Assembly (NCBI GenBank): GCA_964016885.1 | Contig: OZ024758.1 | Coordinates: forward strand, 25,606,001 to 25,670,000 | Direction of reading: 5' to 3' | Source: Eledone cirrhosa | Taxonomy: Eukaryota | Length of the DNA stretch: 64,000 bases | In this document: piece by piece, positions 12,490 through 27,200 of the stretch | How positions within the stretch are numbered: position 1 is the first letter of the stretch | How the letters are laid out: every line of letters begins with the position of its first letter | Position numbers and translations under genes: made by a program | Notes under the pieces: generated by a model | What the model was told of the DNA's origin: nothing | Databases searched by the model: none | What the model saw: only the letters and a program-made list of their open reading frames with translations

Positions 12490-14565
12490 ATATTAAGACA
12501 TATATAGTCTATGTCAGATAGTTATATTAAGACATATATAGTCTATCTTAGATACTTATATTAAGACATATATAGTCTATGTCAGATACTTATATTAAGA
12601 CATGTATAGTCTATCCAAGATACTTATATTAAGACATATATAGTCTATCTCAGATACTTATATTAAGACATATATAGTCTATGTCAGATACTTATATTAA
12701 GACATGTATAGTCTATCTCAGATAGTTATATTAAGACATGTATAGTCTGTCTCAGATAGTTATATTAAGACATATACAGTCTATGTCAGATACTTATATT
12801 AAGACATATACAGTCTATGTCAGATACTTATATTGAGACATATATAGTCTATCCAAGATACTTATATTAAGACATATATAGTCTATCTTAGATACTTATA
12901 TTAAGACATGTATAGTCTATCTCAGATACTTATATTAAGACATATATAGTCTATGTCAGATACTTATATTAAGACATGTATAGTCTATCTCAGATAGTTA
13001 TATTAAGACATGTATAGTCTGTCTCAGATAGTTATATTAAGACATATACAGTCTATGTCAGATACTTATATTAAGACATATACAGTCTATGTCAGATACT
13101 TATATTAAGACATATACAGTCTATGTCAGATAGTTATATTAAGACATATATAGTCTATCTCAGATAGTTATATTAAGACATATACAGTCTATGTCAGATA
13201 CTTATATTAAGACATATACAGTCTATGTCAGATACTTATATTAAGACATATACAGTCTATGTCAGATAGTTATATTAAGACATATATAGTCTATGTCAGA
13301 TACTTATATTAAGACATATACAGTCTATCTTAGATAGTTATATTAAGACATATATAGTCTATCTTAGATAGTTATATTAAGACATATACAGTCTATCTTA
13401 GATAGTTATATTAAGACATATATAGTCTATCTCAGATAGTTATATTAAGACATATACAGTCTATGTCAGATACTTATATTAAGAAATATACAGTCTATGT
13501 CAGATACTTATATTAAGAAATATACAGTCTATGTCAGATACTTATATTAAGACATATATAGTCTATGTCAGATAGTTATATTAAGACATATATGGTCTAT
13601 CTCAGATACTTATATTAAGACATATATAGTCTATCTCAGATAGTTATATTAAGAAATATACAGTCTATGTCAGATACTTATATTAAGAAATATACAGTCT
13701 ATGTCAGATACTTATATTAAGACATATATAGTCTATCTTAGATAGTTATATTAAGACATATATAGTCTATCTCAGATAGTTATATTAAGACATATATAGT
13801 CTATCTCAGATAGTTATATTAAGACATATATAGTCTATCTTAGATAGTTATATTAAGACATATATAGTCTATCTCAGATAGTTATATTAAGACATATATA
13901 GTCTATCTTAGATAGTTATATTAAGACATATACAGTCTATCTTAGATAGTTATATTAAGACATGTATAGTCTATCTCAGATACTTATATTAAGACATATA
14001 CAGTCTATCTTAGATACTTATATTAAGACATATATAGTCTATCTCAGATAGTTATATTAAGACATATAAGTCTATCTCAGATAGTTATATTAAGACATAT
14101 ATAGTCTATCTTAGATAGTTATATTAAGACATATATAGTCTATCTTAGATAGTTATATTAAGACATATATAGTCTATCCAAGATACTTATATTAAGACAT
14201 ATACAGTCTATCTCAGATACTTATATTAAGACATATATAGTCTATCTCAGATACTTATATTAAGACATATATAGTCTATCTTAGATAGTTATATTAAGAC
14301 ATATATAGTCTATCTCAGATAGTTATATTAAGACATATATAGTCTATCTTAGATAGTTATATTAAGACATATATAGTCTATCTCAGATAGTTATATTAAG
14401 ACATATATAGTCTATCTCAGATACTTATATTAAGACATATATAGTCTATCTCAGATAGTTATATTAAGACATATATAGTCTATCTCAGATAGTTATATTA
14501 AGACATATATAGTCTATCCAAGATACTTATATTAAGACATATACAGTCTATCTCAGATACTTATG
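12490..14565. repeat. 34-bp AT-rich satellite, ~60 copies
   Basis: Unit tattaagacatatatagtctat(g/c)tcagata(c/g)tta. Confidence 0.97.
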
Positions 14566-14789
14566 TTATTAGAACTATTTTTTTTAGATTTAATACAGCA
14601 ATAAGTTACTAAAATAAATGAGGATCTTGAAGATGGTAGATTATATACATCAGGAAATATTCATAAAAAATAATCTACTTGACAGCATTCAATGGGTACA
14701 TCAAATCAGTTGACTGGTTAGCCTGGTCAGAGCTATGTCGGTTTTATCTCAATTACCGCTGGCAGCAAATATGTTTCACCCTTGACCCA

Positions 14790-15815
14790 TCTCAGACAGC
14801 TCTGTAGGGGACAATATTTTTCACGCTCGACCCACTCTCAGACAGCTAAGAGTGTGACAATATATTCCACCCTCGACCCCATCTCAGACAGCTAAGAGTG
14901 TGACAATATATTCCACCCTCGACCCCATCTCAGACAGCTAAGAGGGTGACAATATATTCCACCCTCGACCCCATCTCAGACAGCTAAGAGGGTGACAATA
15001 TATTCCACCCTCGACCCCATCTCAGACAGCTAAGAGGGTGACAATATATTCCACCCTTGACCCCATCTCAGACAGCTAAGAGAGTGACAATATATTCCAC
15101 CCTTGACCCCATCTCAGACAGCTAAGAGGGTGACAATATATTCCACCCTCGACCCCATCTCAGACAGCTAAGAGGGTGACAATATATTCCACCCTCGACC
15201 CCATCCCAGACAGCTAAGAGAGTGACAATATATTCCACCCTCAACCCATCTCAGACAGCTAAGAGAGTGACAATATATTCCACCCTTGACCCCATCTCAG
15301 ACAGCTAAGAGAGTGACAATATATTCCACCCTTGACCCCATCTCAGACAGGTAAGAGAGTGACAATATATTCCACCCTCGACCCCATCTCAGACAGCTAA
15401 GAGTGTGACAATATATTCCACCCTCGACCCCATCTCAGACAGCTAAGAGGGTGACAATATATTCCACCCTCGACCCCATCTCAGACAGCTAAGAGAGTGA
15501 CAATATATTCCACCCTCGACCCCATCTCAGACAGCTAAGAGAGTGACAATATATTCCACCCTCGACCCCATCTCAGACAGCTAAGAGGGTGACAATATAT
15601 TCCACCCTCGACCCCATCTCAGACAGCTAAGAGGGAGACAATATATTCCACCCTCGACCCCATCTCAGACAGCTAAGAGAGTGACAATATATTCCACCCT
15701 CGACCCCATCTCAGACAGCTAAGAGAGTGACAATATATTCCACCCTCGACCCCATCTCAGACAGCTAAGAGGGTGACAATATATTCCACCCTCAACCCAT
15801 CTCAGACAGCTAAGT
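14790..15815. repeat. 46-bp minisatellite, ~22 copies, with internal hairpin
   Basis: Unit cagacagctaagagggtgacaatatattccaccctcgaccccatct. Confidence 0.97.
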
Positions 15816-16140
15816 GGGTGACTGGTCAGAGCTCTGCTGGTTTTATCTCAATTATCCCTGGCAGCAAATACGCTTCGCCCCCAACCCATCTTAGACAGTT
15901 ATCTGGGTGACTCAAACAACCCTCATAGGCACATTATTCACACAAAAAAACACTAAATCTTCCCAGAAGTCCACCCACAACTGTTCTTAGGTAGTACAAG
16001 CAAAGGACACCAACTACAACCTTGAAGACAGCCACCCTCCACCATACCTGTAAGACTATTATGAAAGAAGCAAAGGATGTCTTTGTACACTGTACAGTCT
16101 GCAAGCTTTTCCACCTCAGAAATTACAGCAGAGCCTTTAA

Positions 16141-16375
16141 CTAAACACACACTCAAGTCCTTTCTCTCTGGAACTTGTCCCTTCTAGAAGCCACGGTAAA
16201 CACAAACTCCAGAACTTATTCCTTCTAGAACCTGCACTAAACACACACTCAAGTCCTTTCTCTCTGGAACTTGTCCCTTCTAGAAGCCACGGTAAACACA
16301 AACTCCAGAACTTATTCCTTCTAGAACCTGTACTAAACACACACTCAAGTCCTTTCTCACTGGAACTTATCCATC
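16141..16375. repeat. 96-bp tandem duplication (~2.4 copies)
   Basis: ctaaacacacactcaagtcc starts at 16141, 16237 and 16333. Confidence 0.9.
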
Positions 16376-16479
16376 TAAAAATCCCCCACTGCCTAGATTT
16401 TCCCTACCTTAACATTGACTGAAAAGTCTTAATGGTTTGGGAGGGACTGCCCAGATTGTAGACTCTGACTCATCTCCTG

Positions 16480-16517
<38 letters not shown>

Positions 16518-17534
16518 CCCATACATGTTGACCCTTGTGTCCAATAAATGAAATCATTATTATTTTTATTGCTGGCCTTGTGCCAATAGTAGAAACAATT
16601 ATTATTTTTATTATTAATGAACAAAGGCAAAGTTAATCCCGCCGAGGTTAACTTTGCCTTTCATCCTTACGGGGTCGATAAAATAAAGTACCAGTAATAC
16701 ACTGGGTATTTGCTGGCCTTGTGCCAAAAGTAGAAACAATTATTATTAATGAACAAACAGAACCAGTTAAAATTAAAAAATAACTTTTATGACGAATTAA
16801 ATAATGTCTTGCTATGGGAAAATAGAATGAATCCTTCAAAAGATGACCTTAAGAGGTTTCTTCTAAAAAAAACTTAACATTTTGTCAGAAATGAAAAACA
16901 ATTGAAACTAAAAACTTAAGTCAAGGGAGGTAACTATTGCAACTAAAATGATGTATCACTGAGAATTATTATGTTTTATAAATTGAACGATTAACAGTCA
17001 TTTTTGTTTAGTTTATCTACCTAAGTTTTAGGCTCTACAAACTTTAAGATGTTTTATAGTCTTTAGCAGTGATGAAAGGGTTAGATAAAGTAACCATAGA
17101 TTTATTCATTATCTGCAGTTAGAGAGAACATTACAAGCATACCTCATTTTGTAACTTTTGTTACTGACTTTACACTCTCTGTTTTGATATTTTAATCTTT
17201 AGCACACTGAATTATTTTATGAATTGCTTCCCTTGACAATGTATTAAGGGGGAGATTACTCTATCAGTCTAGAGCACCCACCCAGAACGTTAATGTGTTA
17301 GCAATCAATAGGAAGAGTTCGTCTTTGTAACTATAATATTAAAATATGATGATTTCATTTTTTTTTTGTATTCATAAAACTATTTCTAAAGCCCCAAAGG
17401 ATATTATTTATAATTTCAAATCTAGGCACACAGCCAGCAATTTATGGAGGAGAAAGTCGATTGTATCAACCCTATTCAATATATTATTGCACTGAACTAC
17501 ATTATGCACACACAGACACACCATTTTGTTAATC

Positions 17535-17748
17535 AACCCATTAGCATTTAAACCGGACATATCTGGCCAGAATTCTCTCACCTCTTTCTGTTCAAACCGG
17601 CTGTAACCGGCCACTCATCCTTATGTTAAGATATTGTTTTCAAAATAAATAATATCAAAATCTCATAGATTCAATATTATGTGAGATAAAGTGTTTACCA
17701 TGAAAATACAATAGTATATACAGACCAATGTAAATACTAAAGGGTTAA
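17535..17748. mobile_element. piggyBac-type MITE
   Basis: aacccattagcatttaa ... aaatactaaagggttaa. Confidence 0.75.
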
Positions 17749-19745
17749 CCATGTTTAATGTTGTCTTGTTTTGTTTGTTGTTGTTTTGTATAGAACAATA
17801 TGAAAATCAGAACTGAACCAAAAGAGTATAAATGCCGACTATTGAGGAAGAGTTTGGTATTAAAAAGAAACATTTATGACAATAAAGACTAAAAACAATT
17901 TTAGATTCCCCTGAATTTAAATAAAAAACGAATTGATAGACAAGGTCCCAGACCTCATTTGTTTACCAAGTTGGGTGGACCTCGTCAAATCAGACCAAAG
18001 AAACAATGTTTCCATTGATCTTTCTATTGCTGATACTATCTACCAGTTGTAACTCCTGGCAGAAAGAGCAACGTGAAATAAAGTGTCTTGCTCAAGGACA
18101 TAACGCATCACTCGGTCTGGGAATCAAACTCACAACCTCATGATTGTGAATCCGATTCTCTAACCACTAAGCCATGTGCTTTCACTTTTAAATATATATT
18201 TTTTTTTAGATTAGACACCATAAAATAATATAATTATTGTTAAAATATCTTTACAAACTTATTTCTATTAAACAATAATATTATCAAAAGCATAACAGTT
18301 AATGCGTTTGTGTGTGTATGTATGTGTCTGTGTGTGTGTGTGTATGTGTCTCTGTATGTATGTGTATGTGTGTGTGTGTGTGTATGTGTCTCTGTATGTG
18401 TGTGTCTGTGTGCTTATACGTATATGTTTTATATAAATTTTTGAAAGCTTATTCAAATTTCATTTGTAAAGTAAAAAAAAAACTCAAAAAACAACAAAAA
18501 TCTGTAGTTAGACAGTTCACTTAAACAACAAAGTGTAAGAATATATAATGATATTGTATAATCTCAGGAGAATGGCAAACTAGTTGTCTGGCACCATGAA
18601 CTGCTAAACAAATGGAGATGATTAATGTTGAGATATGCTGGCAGATATATATGTATTATTTTATGCAAAAACATCTCTAAATTTAACCAATTTCCCATAC
18701 ATATACTTTTGTATAAGACCCACTACTATTTTTCATACAAAATGTTTACAATGTACCACACATTTTGAATTGAAATTTTGTAGGCCCAATAGATGAGTTG
18801 TATGTTGGGTTTATTTCCATATGATATTTTCATGGAAAAAGGTGCACCTTATACACAAGGTTATTATTAGGGTGTGTACTGTTCCTTTCTTAGATACAGA
18901 AATAAAAGCAATTATTAAGTTTCAATAATAATGGTTTCTGATTTAGGCCCAAGGCCAATAAATATGGGGGGAGAGGGAAGTCGATTAAATCGACCCCAGT
19001 GTGTTACTGGTACTTTATTTTATCGACCCCATAAGGATGAACGGCAAAGTTAACCTTGGAAGGATTTAAACTCAGAACATAAAGGGTCGTAATTCTGTGC
19101 TGTAAAGCATATTGTCTGACGCTCTACTGATTCTGCCAATCCGTTAAGTTTCAATAAGATAGAACATTATATAAGTATTATTTTCTGTTATTCAGGATCC
19201 TTATTACTTTTCTTATAAATTCTATAGTGTTTTACTCGAAGGCAGTGTTTTTAGCAGAAATATAATTTTGGATAGTTAATAAAACAAAATATTATAAATT
19301 CAACAAAGATAATCACGCAATAAACATGTAAGCAAAAATATATAATCAACGTTGATATATGTATTAAATTTACGAGAGAGTCCCATAAAAAAAAAATGAT
19401 AAATATGAATGCTTTACTAAAAATTTGTTATTAAACCATATTGAGAAAACAACCATGAAAAGAGGAGGTAAAACTTTGATTACTTCAGATTAAAAATAAA
19501 ACGATAACAACAATTAAAATAATAACTTGGGTGGTGGGGTTTGAAGTATTTAACTTCTCTAATCAAAAACTTAATTTACAAATCCACTTGGGAGAAATTT
19601 AGAAATGGATTTACTATATAATTCAGCCTATTGTGTGACCTATAAAGGGAGATAACACTGTCAAGTAAAAACTATAACATTAAATTGGCAAAGACTTAAA
19701 TACAACCATATCTACATTGTTCATTTTATAAATACGATCATAGCT

Positions 19746-20113
19746 CAGACTTGTCAACTCTCTCCGTCCGACAGGGAGGCCTCCCACCCACTTAGGGAGG
19801 GGGTGAGAGATGTTTTCTCTTGTTGAAATGGATATAGCTTTTATTATGTAAAAAACTCCACATTTTGCCTCATTTCTCCTCAACCTTTTTATGAACTCTA
19901 AGATGATTAGTATGATTAACTTTGCTGAGTAAAACACAGACCTGTCAACTCTTCCCCGTCCGACAGGGAGATCTTCCACCCACTTTGGGGTGGGCGAGAG
20001 ATGTCTTCTCTTGTGAAAATGGGTATAACTTTCATTATGTAAAATCTCCCCAATTTTGGGACACTTTTTTTCATGGTACTCCCCATTTGGGCTTTTAGAA
20101 GTTGGCAGATCTG
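19746..20113. mobile_element. Two adjacent hAT-like MITE copies (no SINE insert)
   Basis: cagacctgtcaac ... gttggcagatctg termini. Confidence 0.65.
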
Positions 20114-20239
20114 CATATCTACATTTATTTATATTATTAAATACGACCATAGATCTACATTATTTAAATTATTATACAACCATAGATCTACATTATTTAT
20201 ATCATTAAATACAACCATATATCTATATTTATATTATTA

Positions 20240-21496
20240 AATCATTCTTGTGGATTGATTTTCTGTTGTTATTTACTCAAAGGTTTATTTACCATCATTT
20301 CAAAGTAGTCCTTATTTCTTAAAATAATGATCAAGTTAAAAATCAAAATAGACTTTTTATAAACTGCTACAAAATATAGATGACTAAATGAAAGCTCATT
20401 GTTGGTTTGCTAAAATACATTATCTAACTGTACAATTAAACAATTGATATATATTTAAACAAGTAGATAAAAATAAAGAACTTAATTTTTCACTAGTCAT
20501 TAATTTAAAATAAAGTGTTTAGTAGAGCTTAAGATGAAGTTAAGGTTTTTGTGGAAAGATTACTGAATGAATGGAGATGGAAATGAATGTTGATTACTGA
20601 TGGATTTGAAGTTGAATAAGAATGATATGAGTAAATAAAAATCTTTGTAGTAGATAGACAAAAATATGACAAATCTCATTCATACTTAGAAAAACATTTA
20701 TATGACTATTATACCTTCAAGATCTTTTTTCTCTTCCTCTTGAAAAAATTTTTTTTTTGTTTTGTATTTTTACAAATGCACCATCTCGGATCAGATTGAT
20801 TTTCTTTCATAACTATAAATATATTTTCATTTTAGACCCTCATTTGTACAATGGCAGATAAATGATAACCCTTTTTCTTTTCTTTTTTTTTTGTTCTTTC
20901 TTTTCTTTTTTTTTTTTGTTGTTTCGAAGATGACAAAGTTAAAAGACATGTTGCTGTGAACTGACAAGCAAATATAAAAGCAGCTAAAATATTACATCCT
21001 CATCTGAAGAATAATGAAATAAATAGTTAGCCATCTAGGCTGTCTGCAACATTAAGGCATCTTCGCAAATTTCTGTTATGAAGCTACCTCAGTCTAGAGA
21101 AATTCTTTGCTCGAATATCACAGTCTAAAGAAAAATAGGCTACTTTTCTCTACATAATGTCCATTGGGATTACTCCACCTATAACTAAAATCTCTAACAA
21201 ATATACATAACCCCAAAATTATACAAAGAAAAAAATAAAGCCTGTCATGAAAAAAGCCTATGCCTTCTGAGGCTTGCACCATCTCATAGGCAGTTGTACC
21301 ATATCCACTAACAATTAGCTCCATTTTCTCAAAGAGAGAGACAGAAAGAGATATTTGCTACAAGTTAGTGATCAGTATTTTCTTATAACTCTTTTCAATA
21401 TAACATGTAAATGACAACCTAGAGAGCAATTCTGTCCCCAAACTGATAATCTTCTTTCTTTTTAACAGTGTCATAATCCAGGAGTCTTACATTAGA
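20240..21496 (-). other. Probable proximal 3' UTR of NR2C
   Basis: TE-poor, U-rich (minus strand) sequence directly after the stop; AATAAA on minus at 20284-20289; true end unknown. Confidence 0.5.
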
Positions 21497-21834
21497 CTAT
21501 GTACTTGAATTACTAGTAGCAGATATTTCTGTTTCGGCTGAAGATTCTGTAAGTTCCGGTGCACATTGGCCAACCATCTGAGAATTGTATTCAGCTGCCT
21601 CCATCCTGAGAATGTGTGGGATTATGCTGTCTATCTGAACACTGCCAGTTAAACCAGAGAAAAATAATTCTTCCATGATACTCGGATTAACTGAACGCAG
21701 TGGAGGTAGACGTAAGAGTAATTTTGAGAGTCTATTTTGGTTTTGTGGATGTACTTCTTGGATATGATGTTGTAGTTCTATGTGAGCCTTTTCTTGAAAC
21801 CTCTCCACTTGCTTGCTTCCTTTGCATGTATTAT
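21497..21834 (-). CDS. NR2C: NR2C terminal coding exon: LBD H9-H12/AF-2 plus Ser/Thr-rich tail, TAG stop
   Basis: actcag|AT acceptor; [41 protein letters not shown]; stop at 21497-21499. Confidence 0.97.
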
Positions 21835-23156
21835 CTGAGTAAGTGATAAAAAAAAAATTAAAAAATGAAACAACAACATTATTTAACGATTGTAATTATT
21901 AGAAGCACAAATATTAAAATTTCAATAAAGTTCTTAAGAGTGTCAATAAACAGTAATGATTTCTAATTTAAGCACAAAATCAACAATTTGGACAGGGGCA
22001 GGGATGGGGGTGGGGGTCGATCAAATCAACACCAGTACTTCACTGATATTTTATAATACTGGTCATGATGGCGACATGACAAAAAGCCCCCAGCCCACAC
22101 TGTCAAGTGGTCATGTAGAAACACGACAAAAAGCCCCCAGCCCACACTGTAAAGTAGTGTTGTAGAAACACAACAAAAAGCCCCCAGCCCACACTGTAAA
22201 GTAGTGTTGTAGGAACATGACAAAAAGCATCCAGCCCACACTGTAAAGTAGTGTTGTAGGAGACACTACAAAAAGCCCCCAGCCCACACTGTAAAGTAGT
22301 GTTGTAGGAGACACTACAAAAAGCCCCCAGCCCACACTGGTAAATTTCATTTGTAAAGTAAAAAAAAAAAAAAACTCAAAAAACAACAAAAATCTGTAGT
22401 TAGACAGTTCACTTAAACAACAAGGTGTAAGAATATATAATTGTTTCTACTATTGGCACAAGGCCAGCAATTACCCAGTACATTACTGGTACTTTATTTT
22501 ATCAACCCCGTAAGGATGAAAGACAAAGTTAACCTCGGCGGGATTTGAACACAGAATGGCAAGGGCCGTAACTCTATGCGTCAAAGCATGGTGTCCGTCC
22601 CTCTACCGATACTGCCAATCCACCACCCTTGGGATTGTGTAAGAATATATAATGATATTGTATAATCTCAGGAGAATGGCAAACTAGTTGTCTGGCACCA
22701 TGAACTGCTGAATAAATGGAGATGGTTAATGTTTAATGAGATACTCTCTGTCTGAGTTTCAGTGTTTGTTACTGTCATGTAAAATATTACGTTCAGCTAA
22801 GTGAGTCTTGTGGCGAGACATTTCTCCAGTTGGTATTCTAATCCAAAATAATTCAAACCACTTTTTTAGGGATCGCTTAGCCTAAGATTGAAGCCTGTTG
22901 GTGGGCCAGACAAAAATCCTTCGCAGGCTGCATGTGGCCCGTGGGCGAAGGATGCCGACCCCTAATCTAATATATTCCTTGGTACTAATCACTTCTTCCC
23001 CAAATTTCTATCTTTCTTACTTGTTTATACTTTCCCTCCAACTATTAACCTACAGGAATTAAAACATTAATCATACTTTTTTCATCTAGTTTTCCTTATG
23101 GTATGGTCCCGTAACTCCTGACAGAGTCATAGCAGTGCTGTAGTGACATATGGCGT

Positions 23157-23197
<41 letters not shown>

Positions 23198-24255
23198 TTC
23201 ATTTTACGTCCGCTTTTCCCTGCTTGCAAGGGTGGGATGGGAACAGATTCTGGCTTGATTTCTACAGCTGGATGCCCTTCCCAACACCAACCTCATTTAC
23301 AGTGTGGGCTGGGTGCTTTTTTGCCATGTCACCTCCACGACCACTTTACAGTGGAATGATAGGGACCCCAGTCCCTATCATCTCATTTCTACAGCTGAGT
23401 AAACTGGAGCAATGTGAAATAAAGTGTCTTGCTCAAGGAAACAACACATCACCTGGTCTGAGAATTGAACTCACAACCTTTCGATTGCAAGGCCAATGCT
23501 CTAACCACTAAGCCATGTGCCTCCTTTCTTGGATATTTTAAGCTTGGCAGAGCCCATCCCTCTCCAGGCCTGTGTAGTGCTGATTTCTTCCTGAGAGAGG
23601 AAGAATCGAACCCAGTACTTGACTGGTACTTTTTTTTATCAACCTCGAAAGGATGAAAGGCAAAGTTGGCATCAGCGGGATTTGAACTCAGAGAGCAGAG
23701 AACTGGAACGAAAGCCATAAAGCATTCTATCTGACGTTCTAATGACTCTCGCCATTTCACCGCCATTTCGCCGCCTATGTTTTCCTTATACCTTGGACCA
23801 AAGAGTCTGGATAATACAATGGACACAGCTTTTCCTCTCCATGCTAAATATTTTTCTAAAATCCTGTGGAAAGCATGATAAAATGGTAACAAAATAACAA
23901 TATGAGAGAAACTGCGATACTAGAAATTGTACTAGAATCAAGAATAATTTATAAAAGATTTCACAATTCCTTTTTCATAACCAATCATTCAAAACACTGG
24001 AGTATTGAGTACTTAAGTGAAGGTGTGTGGCTTAGTGGTTAGTGGGTTAGATTCGCAATCGTGAGGTTGTGAGTTCAATCCTCGGACCAGGTGATGTGCT
24101 GTGTCCTTGAGCAAGACATTTTTATTTCACATTGCCCCTTCTGTCAGGAGTTGACTGGTATATGATATCAGCAATGGAAAGATAAATGGAAACGTTTCCT
24201 TGGTCTGATTTGACGAGGTCCACCCCACTCAGCAAGCAAATGAGGTCGGGGATCG

Positions 24256-24289
<34 letters not shown>

Positions 24290-27200
24290 TTTATGTCCGC
24301 TTTTCCCTGCTTGCAAGAGGGGGACAGGTCCTTTTCAGCACAACATCTCTCCATTCATCATGGTCCTTCGTCACCTCCTCTGTGAGCTTTACCGATCTGA
24401 GGTCTGCTCTCACCACCTCCGCCCATGATTATCGTAGTCTTCCTCTACCACGTCTTCCTTCCACTGGGATTTCTTGGCATTTCTTTACCCAGCGGTCATC
24501 CTCCATGCACATCACATGTCCATACCAACGCAGTCTTCTCTCCCGCACACTACAGTTTATCCCTCTTATACACAGTTTCTCTTTCAACTCCTGTCGATCA
24601 AAATGAAGTACAATAGCACAATTTCAAATATCTACAAGACCTGTGCAATAGTTTACATAGGTAGGCTGAAAGGTTCATAGGCTAACTATGAAGTAGTGAT
24701 GCTAGTGCTGTGAAATCTTGCATGCATTAATTTTAACTCTTTGTTAAATGCCTTTGTATTGTTTCTTTCCAGGGACTATGTTGAAAAATAAACCTCATTT
24801 GCACATTCCATGAGAGTATCTTGGTCAGCTATGAACTTTTCAGTCAACCCTCTAAGTTGAAATTATTATTTCAGATTCCACTAGGGCGGTGGATTGGCAG
24901 CATAGAGTTATGACCCTTTATGATCTGAGTTCAAATCCTGCCGAGGTTAGCTTTGCCTTTCATCCTTACGGGGTCGATAAAATAAAGTACCAGTCACACA
25001 CTGGGGTCGATTTAATCGACTTTCCCCTCCCCCAAATTACTGGCCTTGTACCTATACTAGAAATTATTATTTCAGATTCCACTCTACCAAATATGAAAGG
25101 GATTTAATGAAAAAAGGGATAAGGGTTCAATTTTCTTCTTTTTTATAAAATTTGACGTTCAGAAGACTTTGGTTTCGATTATGAGTACCCTAGTTTTTCA
25201 ATCAATGGGACAGCCTACTTGAACTTATATAAGTGGCCGAGCATTCCACATACATGAGTACTGAACTTTTCAGTCGACCCTTGTATATTGAATAAATTAG
25301 CATGAATTAAATGAGATAGATTGTACACTGTCTCTATCTAGGGCAGGTATAATTCCAGAGATGGAGGCACATGGCGTAGTGGTTAGAGCATTGGCCTTGC
25401 AATCGAAAGGTTGTGAGTTCAATTCTCAGACCGGGTGATGTGTTGTTTCCTTGAGCAAGACACTTTATTTCACATTGCTCCAGTTTACTCAGCTGTAGAA
25501 ATGAGATGATAGGGACTGGGGACCCTATCATTCCACTGCAAAGTGGTCGTGGAGGTGTCACGGCAAAAAGCACCCAGCACTCACTGTAAATGAGGTTGGT
25601 GTTAGGAAGGGCATCCAGCTGTAGAAATCAAGCCAGAATCAGTTCCTGTCCCACCCTTGCAAGCAGGGAAAAGCGGACGTATGATGATGATGATCCATGG
25701 ACGAGTTCTCTCCAGCGGTCTCTGTCCATCATCACCGCCATATCTTGCATCTCCCAGAGACCAGTGTCGGTCCTTAGAGCATCAACATATGTCATCCTCG
25801 GTCTCCCTCTTCTACTGTGTCCATGTAGCGACTCCCACTGGAGCACTGAATGCAGTGTCAACTCTGAATGTCGGTGAGCATGTCCAGCTTCTAGTGTGTC
25901 CATGTAGAGGCTCCCACTGGAGCACTGAATGCAGTGTCAACTCTGAATGTCGGTGAGCATGTCCAGCTTCTAGTGTGTCCATATAGGCTCTCCCACAGGA
26001 GCACTGAATGCAGTGTCAACTCTGAATGTCGGTGAGCATGTCCAGCTTCTAGTGTGTCCATATAGGCTCTCCCACAGGAGCACTGAATGCAGTGTCAACT
26101 CTGAATGTCGGTGAGCATGTCCAGCTTCTAGTGTGTCCATGTAGGGGCTCCCACTGGAGCACTGAATGCAGTGTCAACTCTGAATGTCGGTGAGCATGTC
26201 CAGCTTCCACTGTGTCCTTATAGGGGCTCCCACAGGAGCACTGAATGCAGTGTCAACTCTGAATGTCGGTGAGCATGTCCAGCTTCTAGTGTGTCCATGT
26301 ACGGGCTCCCACAGGAGCACTGAGTGCAGTGTCAACTCTAAATGTCGGTGAGCATGTCCAGCTAACCTCTGTGGGGAACTATTTAATGCTTATTAACAAA
26401 GATATTAATTAATACCATTAAATATTTAAGAATTATAACAGAAATGATGTAACATATATATAAAATAAAAGGTTTGACTGACCAGGACAAAATAATGTCA
26501 TGGCTTTTAAATAAGCATATTCTGTACTGTTAACTTGAAGATTCTCCATTGTGTGAACATAACTCTGTAGTTTAATTATGTGTTCTGTGACCAGCTTGGC
26601 TCGTTCACTGTTGTTTTTATCTGAAAAATTGTGTAAAAAATAAAAATGAAAATGGATCAGGCAGATTATAGATTATTCTGAAACTAATATAGTTTGGATA
26701 CATATAAAAATGAGATAACTCATCGCTAGAACAGCCATTAAAACAGCTAAATACTGTCAAAGACAGCAATGGGCAACAATGCCTCAGATGAGAGAGACCA
26801 CTGGTCAGTGGTTAACAAAGAAACACTCCACAAGATGGATGACAGGCAAATGAAATATAGAAAAGATTGAAACAGGAGTATTTGCTAACACACTTCTCCT
26901 CCTCTTTCAATCTTTTCTATATTTCATCTGCCTGTCACCCACCTTATAGATTGTCTCTCTGTTGACCACTGACCACTGGTCTCTGTCCTCTGAGGCATTT
27001 TTACCCATCACTGTCTTTTCTATGGATTTCTCCCATAATTCCACATCCCGTAACTCCTGATGGACTTATAGGGGGACTGTAGTGGCATTTCTTGGCCATT
27101 TTAAGCCTGGTGGAGTCCATTCCTCTCTACGTCTAACCAAGTAGATTTAAATAATAATAATAATGAAATTATTGTGTACAGTGCTCAGGTGCACTACAAC

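Noticed and set aside
21004-21020. CTGAAGA..GAAA in the 3' UTR region
   Set aside because: No stem II or stem I pairing
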